A DNA stretch of 64,000 bases, taken from assembly GCF_040882185.1 (NCBI RefSeq), contig NZ_JBBEBW010000001.1, forward strand, positions 48,816 through 112,815. The letters are read 5' to 3'. The DNA comes from Marinobacter sp. GTDB lineage: Bacteria > Pseudomonadota > Gammaproteobacteria > Pseudomonadales > Oleiphilaceae. The notes under the pieces were generated by a model that searched no databases, was not told where the DNA came from, and worked only from the letters and a program-made list of their open reading frames with translations. Shown one piece after another: positions 22,392-33,977 of the stretch (within the stretch, counting starts at the first letter, position 1; every line of letters starts with the position of its first letter). The position numbers were made by a program, and so were the translations under genes.

Positions 22392-22483
22392 GGTATAACT
22401 GGCTGACCTGGCCCGGTTTATTTAAAATTACGCTTTATACATAAAAATAATGCACCACGATTCATAGCAGGAGTTGAATCCCC

Positions 22484-22795
22484 ATGAGAGCCCCTATACA
22501 GATCCTGATCAAATTAACCATTGCACCAATCATTGCCGCCACGCTGATGGCCTCACTGCCCGTTTCCGCTGATCAGGTTCGCGTGCCGATCATGTCGCAG
22601 GGTGGTAACCAGGATGCAATGGACTTACCCAAAACAGGCCAGACGCGCACAACAGTTGAAGAGCGTTTTGGTACGCCCGAAGGCACCAAAGGGCCAACAG
22701 GTGAGCCCCCTATCGTCCAACTGTTTTATCCGGACTTCGTGGTGTACTTTGAAGGCGACCGGGTAATACACTCCGTCATCAAACCCGCGCGCTGA
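22484..22795 (+). CDS. Small exported protein, possible BamE/SmpA-like fold
   Basis: Signal peptide ending SA-D, then LPKTG...VEERFGTP...GEPPI...YPDFVVYFE. SD AGGAG. Confidence 0.6.
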   Translation: MRAPIQILIKLTIAPIIAATLMASLPVSADQVRVPIMSQGGNQDAMDLPKTGQTRTTVEERFGTPEGTKGPTGEPPIVQLFYPDFVVYFEGDRVIHSVIKPAR

Positions 22796-22807
22796 TCTGC
22801 GCAGGAC

Positions 22808-22831
22808 TAGCGGCACTATTTAGCGGCACTA
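22808..22831. repeat. 11-bp direct repeat just upstream of aguA
   Basis: TAGCGGCACTA at 22808-22818 and 22821-22831. Confidence 0.7.
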
Positions 22832-22845
22832 AAGGTGATTAAGAT

Positions 22846-23901
22846 TTGAGTACGCCAAGATACCGGATGCCCGCCGAATGGGCCCCGCAAAGCGCTATTA
22901 TGTTGACCTGGCCTCATGCTGGTACCGATTGGAAAGACGTCTTGTTGGAGGTCGAGCCCGTATTTCGTGATATCGCGAAAGCTACTTTGCGTTTTCAGCA
23001 CGTTCTCATTAGCTGTGAAGACGCCGCTGGCCTGGAGAGCCTCGCCCGGGAGCTTAACCATTATGCCGAATCCCAAGGACTTCCAGGTCGAGTGAAAGCA
23101 GTTCATGCTCCAGCCGATGACACCTGGGCAAGGGACCACGGTCCGATCTCGGTGACTGGGCCAGCGGGCACCAGATTATTGGATTTCGGATTCAACGCCT
23201 GGGGTGGGAAATTCCCCTGCGAAAAAGATAACGCACTCAATCAAAACCTTGCCAGCAGGGGTGCTTTTGGCGATACCTCCCTGAGCACCGTCGATTTTAT
23301 TCTGGAGGGCGGGTCTCTGGAATCCGATGGCCAGGGGACCCTCCTCACAACCAGTGAGTGTCTGTTAACTCCGGCCAGAAATCCCACCTTTGACCGCACC
23401 CTGATTGAGTCCCTGCTGGCAGAAACCCTGGGAGCCGACCAGGTACTCTGGCTGAACCATGGCTATCTGGCAGGCGACGATACGGACAGTCATATTGATA
23501 CCCTGGCCCGGTTCTGTAGCCCGGATGATATCTGTTACGTTCGATGTGAAGATGTTGACGACGAACACTTCGATGCGCTCAATGCCATGGAAGAGGAATT
23601 ACGGCATTTCAGAAAACTGGACGGCACACCTTATCGCTTGACGCCGCTACCCTGGCCTGCCCCATTATTTGACGAAAACGAAGAACGCATGCCAGCGACT
23701 TACGCAAACTTTCTGATCATTAACGGCGCAGTGCTCTTGCCTGTTTATGACGTCCCGGAGGATACCGAAGCCGTTCGTGTAATGGCCGGAATTTTCCCGG
23801 ATCGGGAGATCATTCCTATTAATTGTCGTGCGCTTATAGCCCAGCATGGCAGCCTGCATTGCGTGACCATGCAGCTTCCACAAGGGGTAGTAACGTTATG
23901 A
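22846..23901 (+). CDS. aguA: Agmatine/peptidylarginine deiminase family protein
   Basis: RMPAEW, DDTWARDHGP, LEGGS.ESDG.GT, DTDSHIDT, YANFLI, GSLHCVTMQ (catalytic Cys). TTG start. Confidence 0.88.
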   Translation: MSTPRYRMPAEWAPQSAIMLTWPHAGTDWKDVLLEVEPVFRDIAKATLRFQHVLISCEDAAGLESLARELNHYAESQGLPGRVKAVHAPADDTWARDHGPISVTGPAGTRLLDFGFNAWGGKFPCEKDNALNQNLASRGAFGDTSLSTVDFILEGGSLESDGQGTLLTTSECLLTPARNPTFDRTLIESLLAETLGADQVLWLNHGYLAGDDTDSHIDTLARFCSPDDICYVRCEDVDDEHFDALNAMEEELRHFRKLDGTPYRLTPLPWPAPLFDENEERMPATYANFLIINGAVLLPVYDVPEDTEAVRVMAGIFPDREIIPINCRALIAQHGSLHCVTMQLPQGVVTL

Positions 23902-24821
23902 GCACCGCTTCAACATCCGGCGTTCTTGAGGTTGCTGCGATCCAGCAGGCTTGCAGCAAAGACAAGCGAACCAGCCTGGAAACGACGGAGCGATTGGTAA
24001 GAGAAGCCGCCAGGAGCGGAGCCAGGCTTGTTGTCCTCCAGGAGTTGCACGCAACACTCTATTTCTGCCAGACCGAAGATACAGCAGTATTTGAGTGGGC
24101 AGAGCCCATCCCAGGCCCTACCAGCGAACGCTTATCGATGCTGGCCTCCGAGTTGGGTATTGTTCTGGTGGGGTCTATATTTGAGCGGCGGATGAACGGC
24201 GTTTACCACAACACAGCGGTGGTATTCGACACTGATGGATCCATCGCTGGAATTTACCGCAAGATGCACATACCCGATGACCCGGGTTTTTATGAAAAAT
24301 TCTATTTCACCCCCGGGGACGCCGTGTTTAATACCGGGGAAAGCGGTTTTACGCCCATCGATACCTCTGTAGGACGCCTCGGCGTCATGGTTTGTTGGGA
24401 CCAATGGTACCCGGAGGCAGCACGCCTGATGGCGCTGGCGGGCGCAGAAATATTGATCTATCCCACCGCCATCGGCTGGGATGTGACCGACGATCCAGCC
24501 GAACAGGCGCGTCAGTTGGATGCCTGGGTGACCGTCCAGCGTGGTCATTCCGTCGCTAACAATCTCCCGGTAATCGCGCCCAATCGGATTGGAGTTGAAA
24601 ATGACCCCAATGGACAAGGCAGTGGAATTCGTTTCTGGGGCAACAGTTTTATCTGTGGCCCTCAAGGCGAAGTGCTTGCAAGAGCTGACGACAGCAGTGA
24701 AACCATTCTGACCGCAACCCTTGATCGAAACCGTAGTGAATCGATTCGCAGAATCTGGCCGTATCTCCGTGACCGACGCATTGACGCCTATGGGGACATT
24801 CTCAAGCGGGTACGGGACTGA
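23898..24821 (+). CDS. aguB: N-carbamoylputrescine amidase-like carbon-nitrogen hydrolase
   Basis: Catalytic triad in LQELH, YRKMHIPDDPGFYEKFYF and VCWDQWYPE. ATGA overlap with aguA. Confidence 0.88.
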   Translation: MSTASTSGVLEVAAIQQACSKDKRTSLETTERLVREAARSGARLVVLQELHATLYFCQTEDTAVFEWAEPIPGPTSERLSMLASELGIVLVGSIFERRMNGVYHNTAVVFDTDGSIAGIYRKMHIPDDPGFYEKFYFTPGDAVFNTGESGFTPIDTSVGRLGVMVCWDQWYPEAARLMALAGAEILIYPTAIGWDVTDDPAEQARQLDAWVTVQRGHSVANNLPVIAPNRIGVENDPNGQGSGIRFWGNSFICGPQGEVLARADDSSETILTATLDRNRSESIRRIWPYLRDRRIDAYGDILKRVRD

Positions 24822-24824
24822 TAG

Positions 24825-25736
24825 ATGAAGAAACTGATCGACGCAACGATAGCTCAACTCAATAGTATTCTGCTTGGCAAAGATCATCAGGTCCGTTTGT
24901 CCCTGTGCGCATTACTAGCCCGGGGTCATCTGTTGATTGAAGACATACCGGGCATGGGCAAAACCACTTTGTCACACGCTCTCGCCCGGGTGAGCGGCCT
25001 CAGCTATCAGCGTATTCAGTTTACCAGTGATCTGCTTCCGGCTGACGTATTGGGCTTTTCAATGTACGACAAGGAAGCTGGCGCTCTGGTTTTCCATCAG
25101 GGGCCGATTTTCGCTCAAGTCGTACTGGCCGATGAAATAAATCGTGCTTCGCCACGCACTCAGAGTGCATTGCTCGAGGCCATGGAAGAACAGCAGGTAT
25201 CAATTGAAGGCGAAACTCGCGCTCTTCCTCGCCCGTTTTTTGTGATCGCGACTCAGAATCCCCTGGAACAGGGCGGCACCTACCCGCTACCCGAGTCCCA
25301 GCTCGACCGTTTCCTGATGCGGCTGAAACTCGGCTACCCCGATCCTCGGGCGGAGCGGGAATTGCTGGAAGGCGAAGACCGCCGAACCATGACCGCAAAA
25401 ATGCAACCTCAACTAAGCCAGAGCGATCTGCTAGCGCTCCAGGAGGCTGTGGGTCGTGTTTCCACCAGCCCCGCTTTGCTCGATTACGTCCAGCGTTTGC
25501 TGGACCATAGCCGTCGTATGCCTGGTGTAGTCTATGGGCTCTCACCCCGGGCCGGGCTTGGCCTGGTACGGGCCGCGCGGGCATGGGCGTTGATGAATGG
25601 CAGGCATCATGTTCTGCCCGATGACATACAGGCCGTTTTCCCTTCTATCGCTGAACACAGGCTTGAACAGGGAGAAAGTGGTAAGAGTAAGGATCGGGTA
25701 CAGCAATTGTTAAATACCGTTTCAGTGATTGAATAA
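24825..25736 (+). CDS. MoxR-family AAA+ ATPase
   Basis: GHLLIEDIPGMGKTT, RIQFTSDLLPAD, LADEINRASPRTQSALLEAM, ATQNP, LPESQLDRF, SPRA. Confidence 0.93.
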   Translation: MKKLIDATIAQLNSILLGKDHQVRLSLCALLARGHLLIEDIPGMGKTTLSHALARVSGLSYQRIQFTSDLLPADVLGFSMYDKEAGALVFHQGPIFAQVVLADEINRASPRTQSALLEAMEEQQVSIEGETRALPRPFFVIATQNPLEQGGTYPLPESQLDRFLMRLKLGYPDPRAERELLEGEDRRTMTAKMQPQLSQSDLLALQEAVGRVSTSPALLDYVQRLLDHSRRMPGVVYGLSPRAGLGLVRAARAWALMNGRHHVLPDDIQAVFPSIAEHRLEQGESGKSKDRVQQLLNTVSVIE

Positions 25737-25760
25737 TCTCAAAACAGCACCAGTTATTAG

Positions 25761-26744
<984 letters not shown>

Positions 26745-26826
26745 TTTTATCTCTCAGACCGACGTGCGCGGCGCAAGCCCTGGGCCCTGCGCGCCCGGCC
26801 TGTACCGCGTTTGAAGGCGCTCGACC

Positions 26827-27546
26827 ATGACCTCCCTGCCCTGGCTGGATACCGAATTCCTCTGGTTCCCGCCTCCCGAAGAAGCTCTGGAAGAACCTGA
26901 TGGCCTGCTGGCACTCGGGGGCGACCTGGCGCCACAACGTTTGGTCCATGCCTACCAGAACGGTATTTTCCCCTGGTTCAGTGATGACCAGCCTATTCTG
27001 TGGTGGTCTCCCAACCCCCGTTGTGTACTGTTTCCCAATGAAGTCCATATCTCCAGAAGCCTGAAACGTACTCTCAATAAGGGCTATTTCAGAATCACGG
27101 CTGACCAGGCCTTTTCAGACGTGATTTACCACTGCGCTACCGTTCGCGAGGAAGGCACCTGGATTACAGCCGATATGATCGCCGCCTACACAACACTTCA
27201 CCATCAGGGCACTGCCCATTCCTTCGAGGCCTGGAATCCATCGGGCGAACTCGTAGGCGGCCTTTACGGAATTGCTCTGGGAAAATGTTTCTTTGGAGAG
27301 TCCATGTTCTCTCTGGAAACCGACGCATCCAAGGCATTGGTGGTCGCCATTGCCCATCAACTGGACGCATGGGGTTACCAGGTGATGGATTGCCAGGTTG
27401 AAAGCAGCCATTTGGTGCGGATGGGTGCACGATGTATCGCAAGAAGCGAGTTTTTATCTATACTCAAAAAATACGCTCAAACCAGGCCGGATCATACCTC
27501 CTGGGCAATGGAATGGCGCTGGCCAGGCGGATCCAGCGGAACATGA
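26827..27546 (+). CDS. aat: Leucyl/phenylalanyl-tRNA-protein transferase
   Basis: GLLALGGDL, AYQNGIFPWF, WWSPNPR, GESMFS, DASK, DCQ. Confidence 0.95.
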   Translation: MTSLPWLDTEFLWFPPPEEALEEPDGLLALGGDLAPQRLVHAYQNGIFPWFSDDQPILWWSPNPRCVLFPNEVHISRSLKRTLNKGYFRITADQAFSDVIYHCATVREEGTWITADMIAAYTTLHHQGTAHSFEAWNPSGELVGGLYGIALGKCFFGESMFSLETDASKALVVAIAHQLDAWGYQVMDCQVESSHLVRMGARCIARSEFLSILKKYAQTRPDHTSWAMEWRWPGGSSGT

Positions 27547-27577
27547 TGACAATCCGAGCCAAGCCGAGGTTCAATAA

Positions 27578-28312
27578 ATGAGTAGTTTAAAAACGCTCGT
27601 TTTCTTTGCAACGCCAGCTCACGAATGCAGCTACCTGGACGACCGGGATGCCACCACCATGTTTGTCGATCCCAGGGCAAAAGTCGATAAGCGGCTATAT
27701 AGCCAGCTCACGGCCTTGGGTTTTCGGCGTAGTGGCTCCCACTATTACCGGCCCCACTGCGAAAACTGCAATGCCTGCATCCCGGTGCGCCTCAACGTAC
27801 AAGAATTCAGTCCTGATCGCAGTCAACGGCGAGTGCAACGGCGTAACAGCGACCTCACCTTCCACTACACACCAGCCCGCTTCTCGGAAGCCTATTACGA
27901 TCTCTACGCACGCTATATTGAACAACGGCATGCCGATGGCGACATGTATCCGCCCTCTCGAGAGCAGTTTGCTTCCTTCCTGGTTGAAGGCGCCACCGAT
28001 AGTTATTTTCTTGAAATGCGCACGGACGATGAACTGATCGGTCTTGCGGTAGTAGATGCTCTGGACGACGGGCTCTCAGCCATATACACCGTGTTCGAGC
28101 CGCGCTATGAAAGCCGAAGCCTCGGCACTATGGCGATCCTCTGGCAAATAGAAGAGGCCAGGAGACAACAGTTGCCATATCTCTATCTGGGTTATTGGAT
28201 AAGAGAATGTCGAAAGATGAATTACAAAACCCGCTTCCGCCCTATCGAAGCGCTGCTTAACGGTCACTGGCAAACACTCCGAGCCTCGCCAAAAACAGCC
28301 ACCGCGGATTAA
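27578..28312 (+). CDS. bpt: Bpt/ATE1-like aminoacyl-tRNA-protein transferase
   Basis: HECSYL, GFRRSG...YRPHCENCNACIPVR, LSAIYT, SLGT, YLYLGYWI, MNYK. Confidence 0.9.
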   Translation: MSSLKTLVFFATPAHECSYLDDRDATTMFVDPRAKVDKRLYSQLTALGFRRSGSHYYRPHCENCNACIPVRLNVQEFSPDRSQRRVQRRNSDLTFHYTPARFSEAYYDLYARYIEQRHADGDMYPPSREQFASFLVEGATDSYFLEMRTDDELIGLAVVDALDDGLSAIYTVFEPRYESRSLGTMAILWQIEEARRQQLPYLYLGYWIRECRKMNYKTRFRPIEALLNGHWQTLRASPKTATAD

Positions 28313-28438
28313 TCAGAAGCCCTGCGCAAACAGTTTTATCCCGCAGATTTTTTGCCAAATGACGACAAATCAGGCAGAATTGCGCAGTTCAAAATTACCA
28401 GAAAGTGCAGATCGCACTTTAACCGAGGTTTTTACTGA

Positions 28439-28657
28439 ATGGCGAAATCAGATGCTATTGAAATGGAAGGGGTTATTGTTGATACCCTGCCCAACACCAT
28501 GTTCCGGGTCGAACTTGAAAACGGCCATGTGGTGACCGCTCATATTTCCGGCAAAATGCGCAAGAACTATATTCGAATCCTGACGGGCGATAAGGTCAAG
28601 GTCGAACTGACACCGTACGATCTTTCAAAGGGTCGTATCGTCTACCGCGCTCGCTGA
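28439..28657 (+). CDS. infA: Translation initiation factor IF-1
   Basis: [11 protein letters not shown]...[20 protein letters not shown]...YDLSKGRI. Confidence 0.98.
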   Translation: MAKSDAIEMEGVIVDTLPNTMFRVELENGHVVTAHISGKMRKNYIRILTGDKVKVELTPYDLSKGRIVYRAR

Positions 28658-28671
28658 CTCCAGCCGAATAG

Positions 28672-28705
28672 AAAAAGCCCCTCTTGTTGTGAGGGGCTTT
28701 TTTTT
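28672..28705. terminator. Bidirectional intrinsic terminator between infA and clpA
   Basis: AAAAAGCCCCTC-ttgttgt-GAGGGGCTTTTTTTT. Confidence 0.88.
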
Positions 28706-28714
28706 GCTTTTTTA

Positions 28715-30985
28715 TCAGACCGCTTCTGCTGGTTCGTTCTCGTATTCGAACTCGAGCTCATCTCCTTTGAGTCTGACGTACACTTCACCACCATTCTCGG
28801 ACAGGCTACCAAACAGTATCTGTTCGGCAAGTGGGCGTTTGATCTTGTCCTGGATCAGGCGCGCCATGGGTCTTGCACCCATTTTCACATCATAGCCTTT
28901 CTCTGCCAGCCAGGCTTTAGCGGGCTCATCGACGTGGATCACCACATGCTTCTCGTCCAGTTGCGCCTGCAATTCCGTGAGGAATTTGTCCACCACATGA
29001 GTGATGGTTTCTTTCTGCAGATCAGCAAACTGGATGATGCTGTCAAGACGGTTGCGGAACTCTGGCGTGAAGGATTTGGTGATCACTTCCATGCCGTCGC
29101 TGCTGTGGTCCTGTTCACTGAAGCCGATAGAGCGCCGTGCCATGTTTTCGGCACCCGCGTTAGTGGTCATAACCAGGATGACGTGACGGAAATCCGCTTT
29201 ACGCCCGTTATTATCCGTGAGCGTACCGTGATCCATCACCTGCAACAGCAGGTTAAAGACTTCCGGGTGTGCTTTCTCAATCTCATCCAACAGCAATACG
29301 CAATGGGGATGTTTGTTGACGGACTCTGTCAGCAGACCACCCTGATCAAACCCGACATAGCCCGGAGGCGCACCAATCAGGCGTGACACAGTGTGGCGTT
29401 CCATATACTCCGACATATCGAACCTGACCAGCTCAATACCCAGAACTTTGGCGAGTTGACGGGTCACCTCGGTCTTGCCGACCCCGGTGGGACCAGCAAA
29501 CAGGAACGCGCCTTCCGGCTTTTCTGGCGATTTCAGGCCAGCACGGGCCAGTTTGATAGCGGTCGACAGTGACTCAATGGCCGGATCCTGACCAAAGACC
29601 ACCATCTTGAGATCCCGCTCCAGGTTGCGCAGCAGATCTTTGTCGCTGGAAGAAACATTTTTCGGCGGTATCCGGGCGATCGTTGCTACCACATCTTCGA
29701 TGGCCGACACTCCGATGACCTTCTTCCGCTTGGCCGCTGGCATGAGTCGCTGGCGGGCCCCGGCTTCATCAATAACATCGATGGCCTTGTCCGGTAGGTG
29801 GCGATCAGTGATATAGCGCTCGGCCAGCTCTGCCGCGACGCGGAGAGCCTTGTCGGTGTATTTCAGATCGTGGTGTTTCTCAAAATGGGGCTTGAGGCCT
29901 TTGAGTATCTGATAGGTGTCCTCAACACTGGGTTCATTCACATCAATTTTCTGGAAACGGCGAGCAAGGGCGCTGTCTTTCTCGAATATACCGCGGAATT
30001 CCTGGAAGGTCGTAGACCCTATGCAACGAATCTCACCTGACCCCAGCATCGGCTTGAGCAAATTAGACGCATCCATAACCCCGCCGGAGGCAGAGCCTGC
30101 ACCAATAATAGTGTGAATCTCATCAATGAAGAGAATGGCATGCTTTTCCTTTTTCAGGTCGGATAGCAGGCCTTTAAGACGTTTTTCAAAATCGCCACGG
30201 TACTTGGTGCCCGCTAACAGGGCACCCAGGTCCAGGGAATAAACCACGGCGTCGGAAATAATCTCCGGCACCTGCTTATCGACTATACGACGTGCCAAGC
30301 CCTCGGCAATGGCGGTTTTACCAACACCAGCCTCACCCACCAACAAGGGATTGTTCTTGCGGCGGCGGACCAGAGTCTGGACCACTCGCTCGACTTCGTG
30401 CTCACGGCCGATCAACGGGTCAATTCTGCCCTGACGCGCCAATTCATTCAGATTGGATGCGTAGGCCTCAAGCGGTTTGGAGGAACTGCCTTCTTCACCA
30501 GCCTCTTCATGGGGGGCCTGATCAGCACCTTCCTGATCTTCAGCGCCCTGAACCCGGGAAATACCGTGAGATACGAAATTGACTACGTCAATCCGGGCAA
30601 TATTCTGTTTCTTGAGCACATAGACAGCCTGGCTTTCCTGCTCACTGAAGATTGCTACCAGAACGTTTGCACCAGTGACTTCCTTCTTGCCAGAGGACTG
30701 CACATGAAATACAGCCCTTTGCAAAACTCTCTGGAAGCCCAGCGTTGGCTGAGTTTCCCGCTCACTATCGCTGCTTGGAATCAGCGGTGTGGTTGAATCA
30801 ACGAACTCTGCAAGCTCTTCCTGAAGCCGTTGCAGATCGGCGCCACACGCTTTAAGAACCCCCAGGGCAGAGTCATTATCCAGCAATGCCAGCAACAGAT
30901 GCTCGACCGTCATAAACTCATGACGCTTGTCGCGCGCATTTTTAAAGGCGGTATTCAGCGTAATTTCAAGGTCTTTGCTAAGCAT
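28715..30985 (-). CDS. clpA: ATP-dependent Clp protease ATP-binding subunit
   Basis: MLSKDLE...[40 protein letters not shown]. Confidence 0.97.
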   Translation of the reverse strand: MLSKDLEITLNTAFKNARDKRHEFMTVEHLLLALLDNDSALGVLKACGADLQRLQEELAEFVDSTTPLIPSSDSERETQPTLGFQRVLQRAVFHVQSSGKKEVTGANVLVAIFSEQESQAVYVLKKQNIARIDVVNFVSHGISRVQGAEDQEGADQAPHEEAGEEGSSSKPLEAYASNLNELARQGRIDPLIGREHEVERVVQTLVRRRKNNPLLVGEAGVGKTAIAEGLARRIVDKQVPEIISDAVVYSLDLGALLAGTKYRGDFEKRLKGLLSDLKKEKHAILFIDEIHTIIGAGSASGGVMDASNLLKPMLGSGEIRCIGSTTFQEFRGIFEKDSALARRFQKIDVNEPSVEDTYQILKGLKPHFEKHHDLKYTDKALRVAAELAERYITDRHLPDKAIDVIDEAGARQRLMPAAKRKKVIGVSAIEDVVATIARIPPKNVSSSDKDLLRNLERDLKMVVFGQDPAIESLSTAIKLARAGLKSPEKPEGAFLFAGPTGVGKTEVTRQLAKVLGIELVRFDMSEYMERHTVSRLIGAPPGYVGFDQGGLLTESVNKHPHCVLLLDEIEKAHPEVFNLLLQVMDHGTLTDNNGRKADFRHVILVMTTNAGAENMARRSIGFSEQDHSSDGMEVITKSFTPEFRNRLDSIIQFADLQKETITHVVDKFLTELQAQLDEKHVVIHVDEPAKAWLAEKGYDVKMGARPMARLIQDKIKRPLAEQILFGSLSENGGEVYVRLKGDELEFEYENEPAEAV

Positions 30986-31003
30986 ATGCCACCCCAAGGT
31001 TTA

Positions 31004-31363
31004 TCAGTCCGCACGTTCAATCTCGCATAACAGCGGGTGTTCGCACTCAGAAGAGTACTGGTTCACCTGTGCTGCTTTCGTTTCCGCGATGTCTCGGGTA
31101 TACACCCCACATACGGCCTTTCCCTGCGTATGGACGAGCAGCATCACCTGCGTCGCCTTTTCTTCATTCATGCCAAAGAACGTCACCAATACCTCGACAA
31201 CAAAGTCCATAGGCGTGTAGTCATCATTCAAAAGCATCACCCGAAAGCGGGCGGGCCGTTTTAAGGCCGGCTTCGCAGGTGCAACGCTGAGGCCGTCTTG
31301 ACGCCCTGGTTCATCATTGCCCTCCTGATTTAATACTAGTAGAGAATTCTCAATAATCCGCAT
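31004..31363 (-). CDS. clpS: Clp protease adaptor
   Basis: [38 protein letters not shown]. Confidence 0.96.
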   Translation of the reverse strand: MRIIENSLLVLNQEGNDEPGRQDGLSVAPAKPALKRPARFRVMLLNDDYTPMDFVVEVLVTFFGMNEEKATQVMLLVHTQGKAVCGVYTRDIAETKAAQVNQYSSECEHPLLCEIERAD

Positions 31364-31395
31364 GATTCTTTACCGAATGTCTGTGCATGTGCATA

Positions 31396-31424
31396 AGATG
31401 GTTGTGCCCGAGCCCATTTTCAAG
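31396..31424 (-). promoter_or_regulatory. Putative sigma32 (RpoH) promoter of clpS-clpA
   Basis: Minus strand reads CTTGAAA-14 nt-AACCATCT, close to the CTTGAAA/CCCCATNT consensus. Confidence 0.5.
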
Positions 31425-31602
31425 GACCGGACCTAAAGCTTCCTTCATATTAACGTCTCACCCCCTGCCCAACCAGAGATTTGACTATTGACTCAGAGCC
31501 CATATTGGTCAACAGTTACTACTGAAATGTAAAATTATGTTATGCCATGTAAATATTGTGCAAATAATAACGACAGGTAATGACGGAACAGGGGAGTTCA
31601 AA

Positions 31603-31914
31603 ATGCCAATAGGCAAAGTAAAGTGGTTCAATAATGCCAAGGGTTATGGCTTCATTATCGAAGAGGGCTGCAGTGACGACCTGTTTGCACATTTTTCATC
31701 TGTGCAAATGGACGGCTACAAAACCCTTAAAGCCGGTCAGGCAGTAACCTTTGATAAGAAGCCTAGTGACAAGGGCGTTCATGCGGTGAACATTGTGCCT
31801 GTGGATCAGCCACAGAAACAGTCCGCAGAAAGCGATACGCCCACTGAGGGTAACGCCAGCGATGATGCTGAGGATGAATCCTACCCGGATCATCCGAGAG
31901 CCGCAAACGGCTGA
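31603..31914 (+). CDS. cspD: Cold-shock domain protein CspD with acidic tail
   Basis: GKVKWFNNAKGYGFI, DLFAHFSS.QMDGYKTLKAGQ; divergent from clpS. SD GGGGAG, start 31603. Confidence 0.92.
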   Translation: MPIGKVKWFNNAKGYGFIIEEGCSDDLFAHFSSVQMDGYKTLKAGQAVTFDKKPSDKGVHAVNIVPVDQPQKQSAESDTPTEGNASDDAEDESYPDHPRAANG

Positions 31915-31994
31915 CTAACCCGCGTAGAAAGTCTGAGTCAGATCACGCTCAAATGAGACGTGAGGGCGTTTTGTCGTTGACGAATAGCCTCGGG

Positions 31995-32034
31995 ACAGAC
32001 AATACAGCGCCGAAAATGGCGCTGTATTGTCTGT
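31995..32034. repeat. Perfect 17-bp inverted repeat (hairpin or operator)
   Basis: ACAGACAATACAGCGCC-gaaaat-GGCGCTGTATTGTCTGT. Confidence 0.8.
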
Positions 32035-32101
32035 TGGGGCCTTACACTTTTAATCCACGTGAGTTGCGATTCAGGCAAACTGCTGTGAGCTATTCCCGTC
32101 C

Positions 32102-32698
32102 ATGTCAAAACTGATTCTCCTGAACAAGCCATTTAACGTACTTTGCCAGTTCACCGACACCAGCGGTCGCAATACGCTGGCAAACTACATAAACGTGACC
32201 AATGTCTACCCCGCAGGCCGCCTGGATTATGACTCTGAAGGCTTGGTGTTGCTCACCGACAATGGGCAGCTTCAGCAGAAAATTGCTTCACCAAAATATA
32301 AGATGACGAAAACATACTGGGTTCAGGTTGAAGGTGATATCACCGAAGAGGCGCTGTTTACGCTCTGCAACGGGGTGGAACTCAAGGACGGCAGAACCCT
32401 GCCCGCTGCAGCCCAGAGGATGGTAGAACCTGAAGTCTGGCCGCGCCATCCAGCCGTCCGTGAACGTAAGGCAATCCCCACCTCCTGGCTTGAATTAACG
32501 ATTCGCGAAGGCAGGAACCGGCAGGTTCGCAGAATGACAGCGGCGGTGGGTTTTCCTACTTTGCGACTGATTCGTTACAGCATAGGCGTATGGTCTATTG
32601 ACGAGCTAGCCCCAGGTACCATCAAAACACTTCAAGTCCATGCCCCCAAACCGGCAAAGTCAAAACCGCCCAAAGGAACACACCCAAAGCAGACCTGA
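32102..32698 (+). CDS. rluE: 23S rRNA pseudouridine synthase, RluE type
   Basis: [55 protein letters not shown]. Confidence 0.9.
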   Translation: MSKLILLNKPFNVLCQFTDTSGRNTLANYINVTNVYPAGRLDYDSEGLVLLTDNGQLQQKIASPKYKMTKTYWVQVEGDITEEALFTLCNGVELKDGRTLPAAAQRMVEPEVWPRHPAVRERKAIPTSWLELTIREGRNRQVRRMTAAVGFPTLRLIRYSIGVWSIDELAPGTIKTLQVHAPKPAKSKPPKGTHPKQT

Positions 32699-32728
32699 TC
32701 TGCCGAAAGTGGTAGACTTTCCCGCCTC

Positions 32729-32773
32729 AATTCAGACAATCGCCTCCGCAGCCCGGTACTGCAGAGGCTTGAT
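32729..32773 (+). pseudogene. Possible C-terminal relic of a NudJ-type Nudix hydrolase
   Basis: Translates [15 protein letters not shown], resembling the LRSPLV C-terminus of NudJ, at the position where nudJ normally lies (rluE-nudJ-mnmA). The match is short and from recall. Confidence 0.35.
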
Positions 32774-32798
32774 GTCAGATGTTACGTCAGAGCGATTT

Positions 32799-33977
32799 AT
32801 GACTTCTGCTTTAAACCCAGCCCCATCACAAACCCGCGTCATCGTCGGTATGTCCGGCGGTGTGGATTCTTCTGTTGCAGCCTGGCTTTTGAAAGACCAG
32901 GGCTATGCAGTTGAAGGCCTGTTCATGAAGAACTGGGATGAGGACGACGGTACCGAATATTGCACTGCGATGACCGATCTGGCTGATGCCCAAGCTGTCG
33001 CAGACCACATTGGTATCACTCTGCACACCGCCAGTTTTGCTGCCGAATACTGGGACCGCGTGTTCGAACACTTTATCTCCGAGTACAAAGCCGGGCGTAC
33101 GCCCAATCCGGATATCCTCTGCAATAAGGAAGTGAAGTTTCGAGCGTTTCTGGACTATGCCGTTACGTTGGGGGCGGATTATATTGCCACCGGCCACTAC
33201 ACCCGGCAGCACCCCCTTGACGATGGCAGTGGCCGCGCACAGCTGCTCAAAGGTCTGGACTCGAACAAAGACCAAAGCTACTTTCTCCACGCAGTATCCG
33301 GCGACCGAATCGCCCGAACCCTGTTCCCGATTGGTGAAATTGAAAAGCCCGAAGTGCGTCGAATTGCGGCAGAACAGGGGTTTGTGACTCATGACAAGAA
33401 AGATTCCACCGGCATCTGCTTTATCGGAGAACGCAAGTTCAGGGATTTCCTGAAGCAATACATTCCTGCCCAACCAGGCGACATTGAAACGCCCGACGGC
33501 CACGTCATCGGGCGTCACCAAGGTTTGATGTACCACACGATTGGTCAGCGCCAGGGCCTGGGCATCGGGGGAATGAGCAAGTTTGGCGACGACCCCTGGT
33601 ACGTTGCGGAGAAAAATCTCGACCGCAACGTTCTCATTGCTGTTCAGGGCAAACACCACCCGCTGCTGTTCTCCCGCGGGTTAATCAGCGGCCCCGTGGA
33701 CTGGGTGGCCGGTGAAGCGCCATCCGGGCCTTTCCGTTGTATGGCGAAAACCCGCTATCGCCAGCCTGACCAAGCCTGCGACGTGAGCGTCCACGGAGAC
33801 GGTTTTCGGGTTGTATTTGACGAGGCCCAACGCGCCGTAACTCCAGGCCAGTCCGTGGTTTTCTACCAAGGCGACATTTGTCTCGGTGGCGGTGTCATTG
33901 AGCAAACCTGGCGGGACGGCGAGCCCGATCCTATCCTCACGGACGCGACACTCCAAACAACAGGCACACTCTCTTGA
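32799..33977 (+). CDS. mnmA: tRNA 2-thiouridylase
   Basis: [47 protein letters not shown]. Start 32799 (alternative 32772). Confidence 0.96.
   Translation: MTSALNPAPSQTRVIVGMSGGVDSSVAAWLLKDQGYAVEGLFMKNWDEDDGTEYCTAMTDLADAQAVADHIGITLHTASFAAEYWDRVFEHFISEYKAGRTPNPDILCNKEVKFRAFLDYAVTLGADYIATGHYTRQHPLDDGSGRAQLLKGLDSNKDQSYFLHAVSGDRIARTLFPIGEIEKPEVRRIAAEQGFVTHDKKDSTGICFIGERKFRDFLKQYIPAQPGDIETPDGHVIGRHQGLMYHTIGQRQGLGIGGMSKFGDDPWYVAEKNLDRNVLIAVQGKHHPLLFSRGLISGPVDWVAGEAPSGPFRCMAKTRYRQPDQACDVSVHGDGFRVVFDEAQRAVTPGQSVVFYQGDICLGGGVIEQTWRDGEPDPILTDATLQTTGTLS

Noticed and set aside
31938-32132. 64-aa minus-strand ORF in the cspD-rluE gap
   Set aside because: It overlaps the rluE start, runs through a perfect hairpin, has no SD and has no similarity to icd or any family I recognise.
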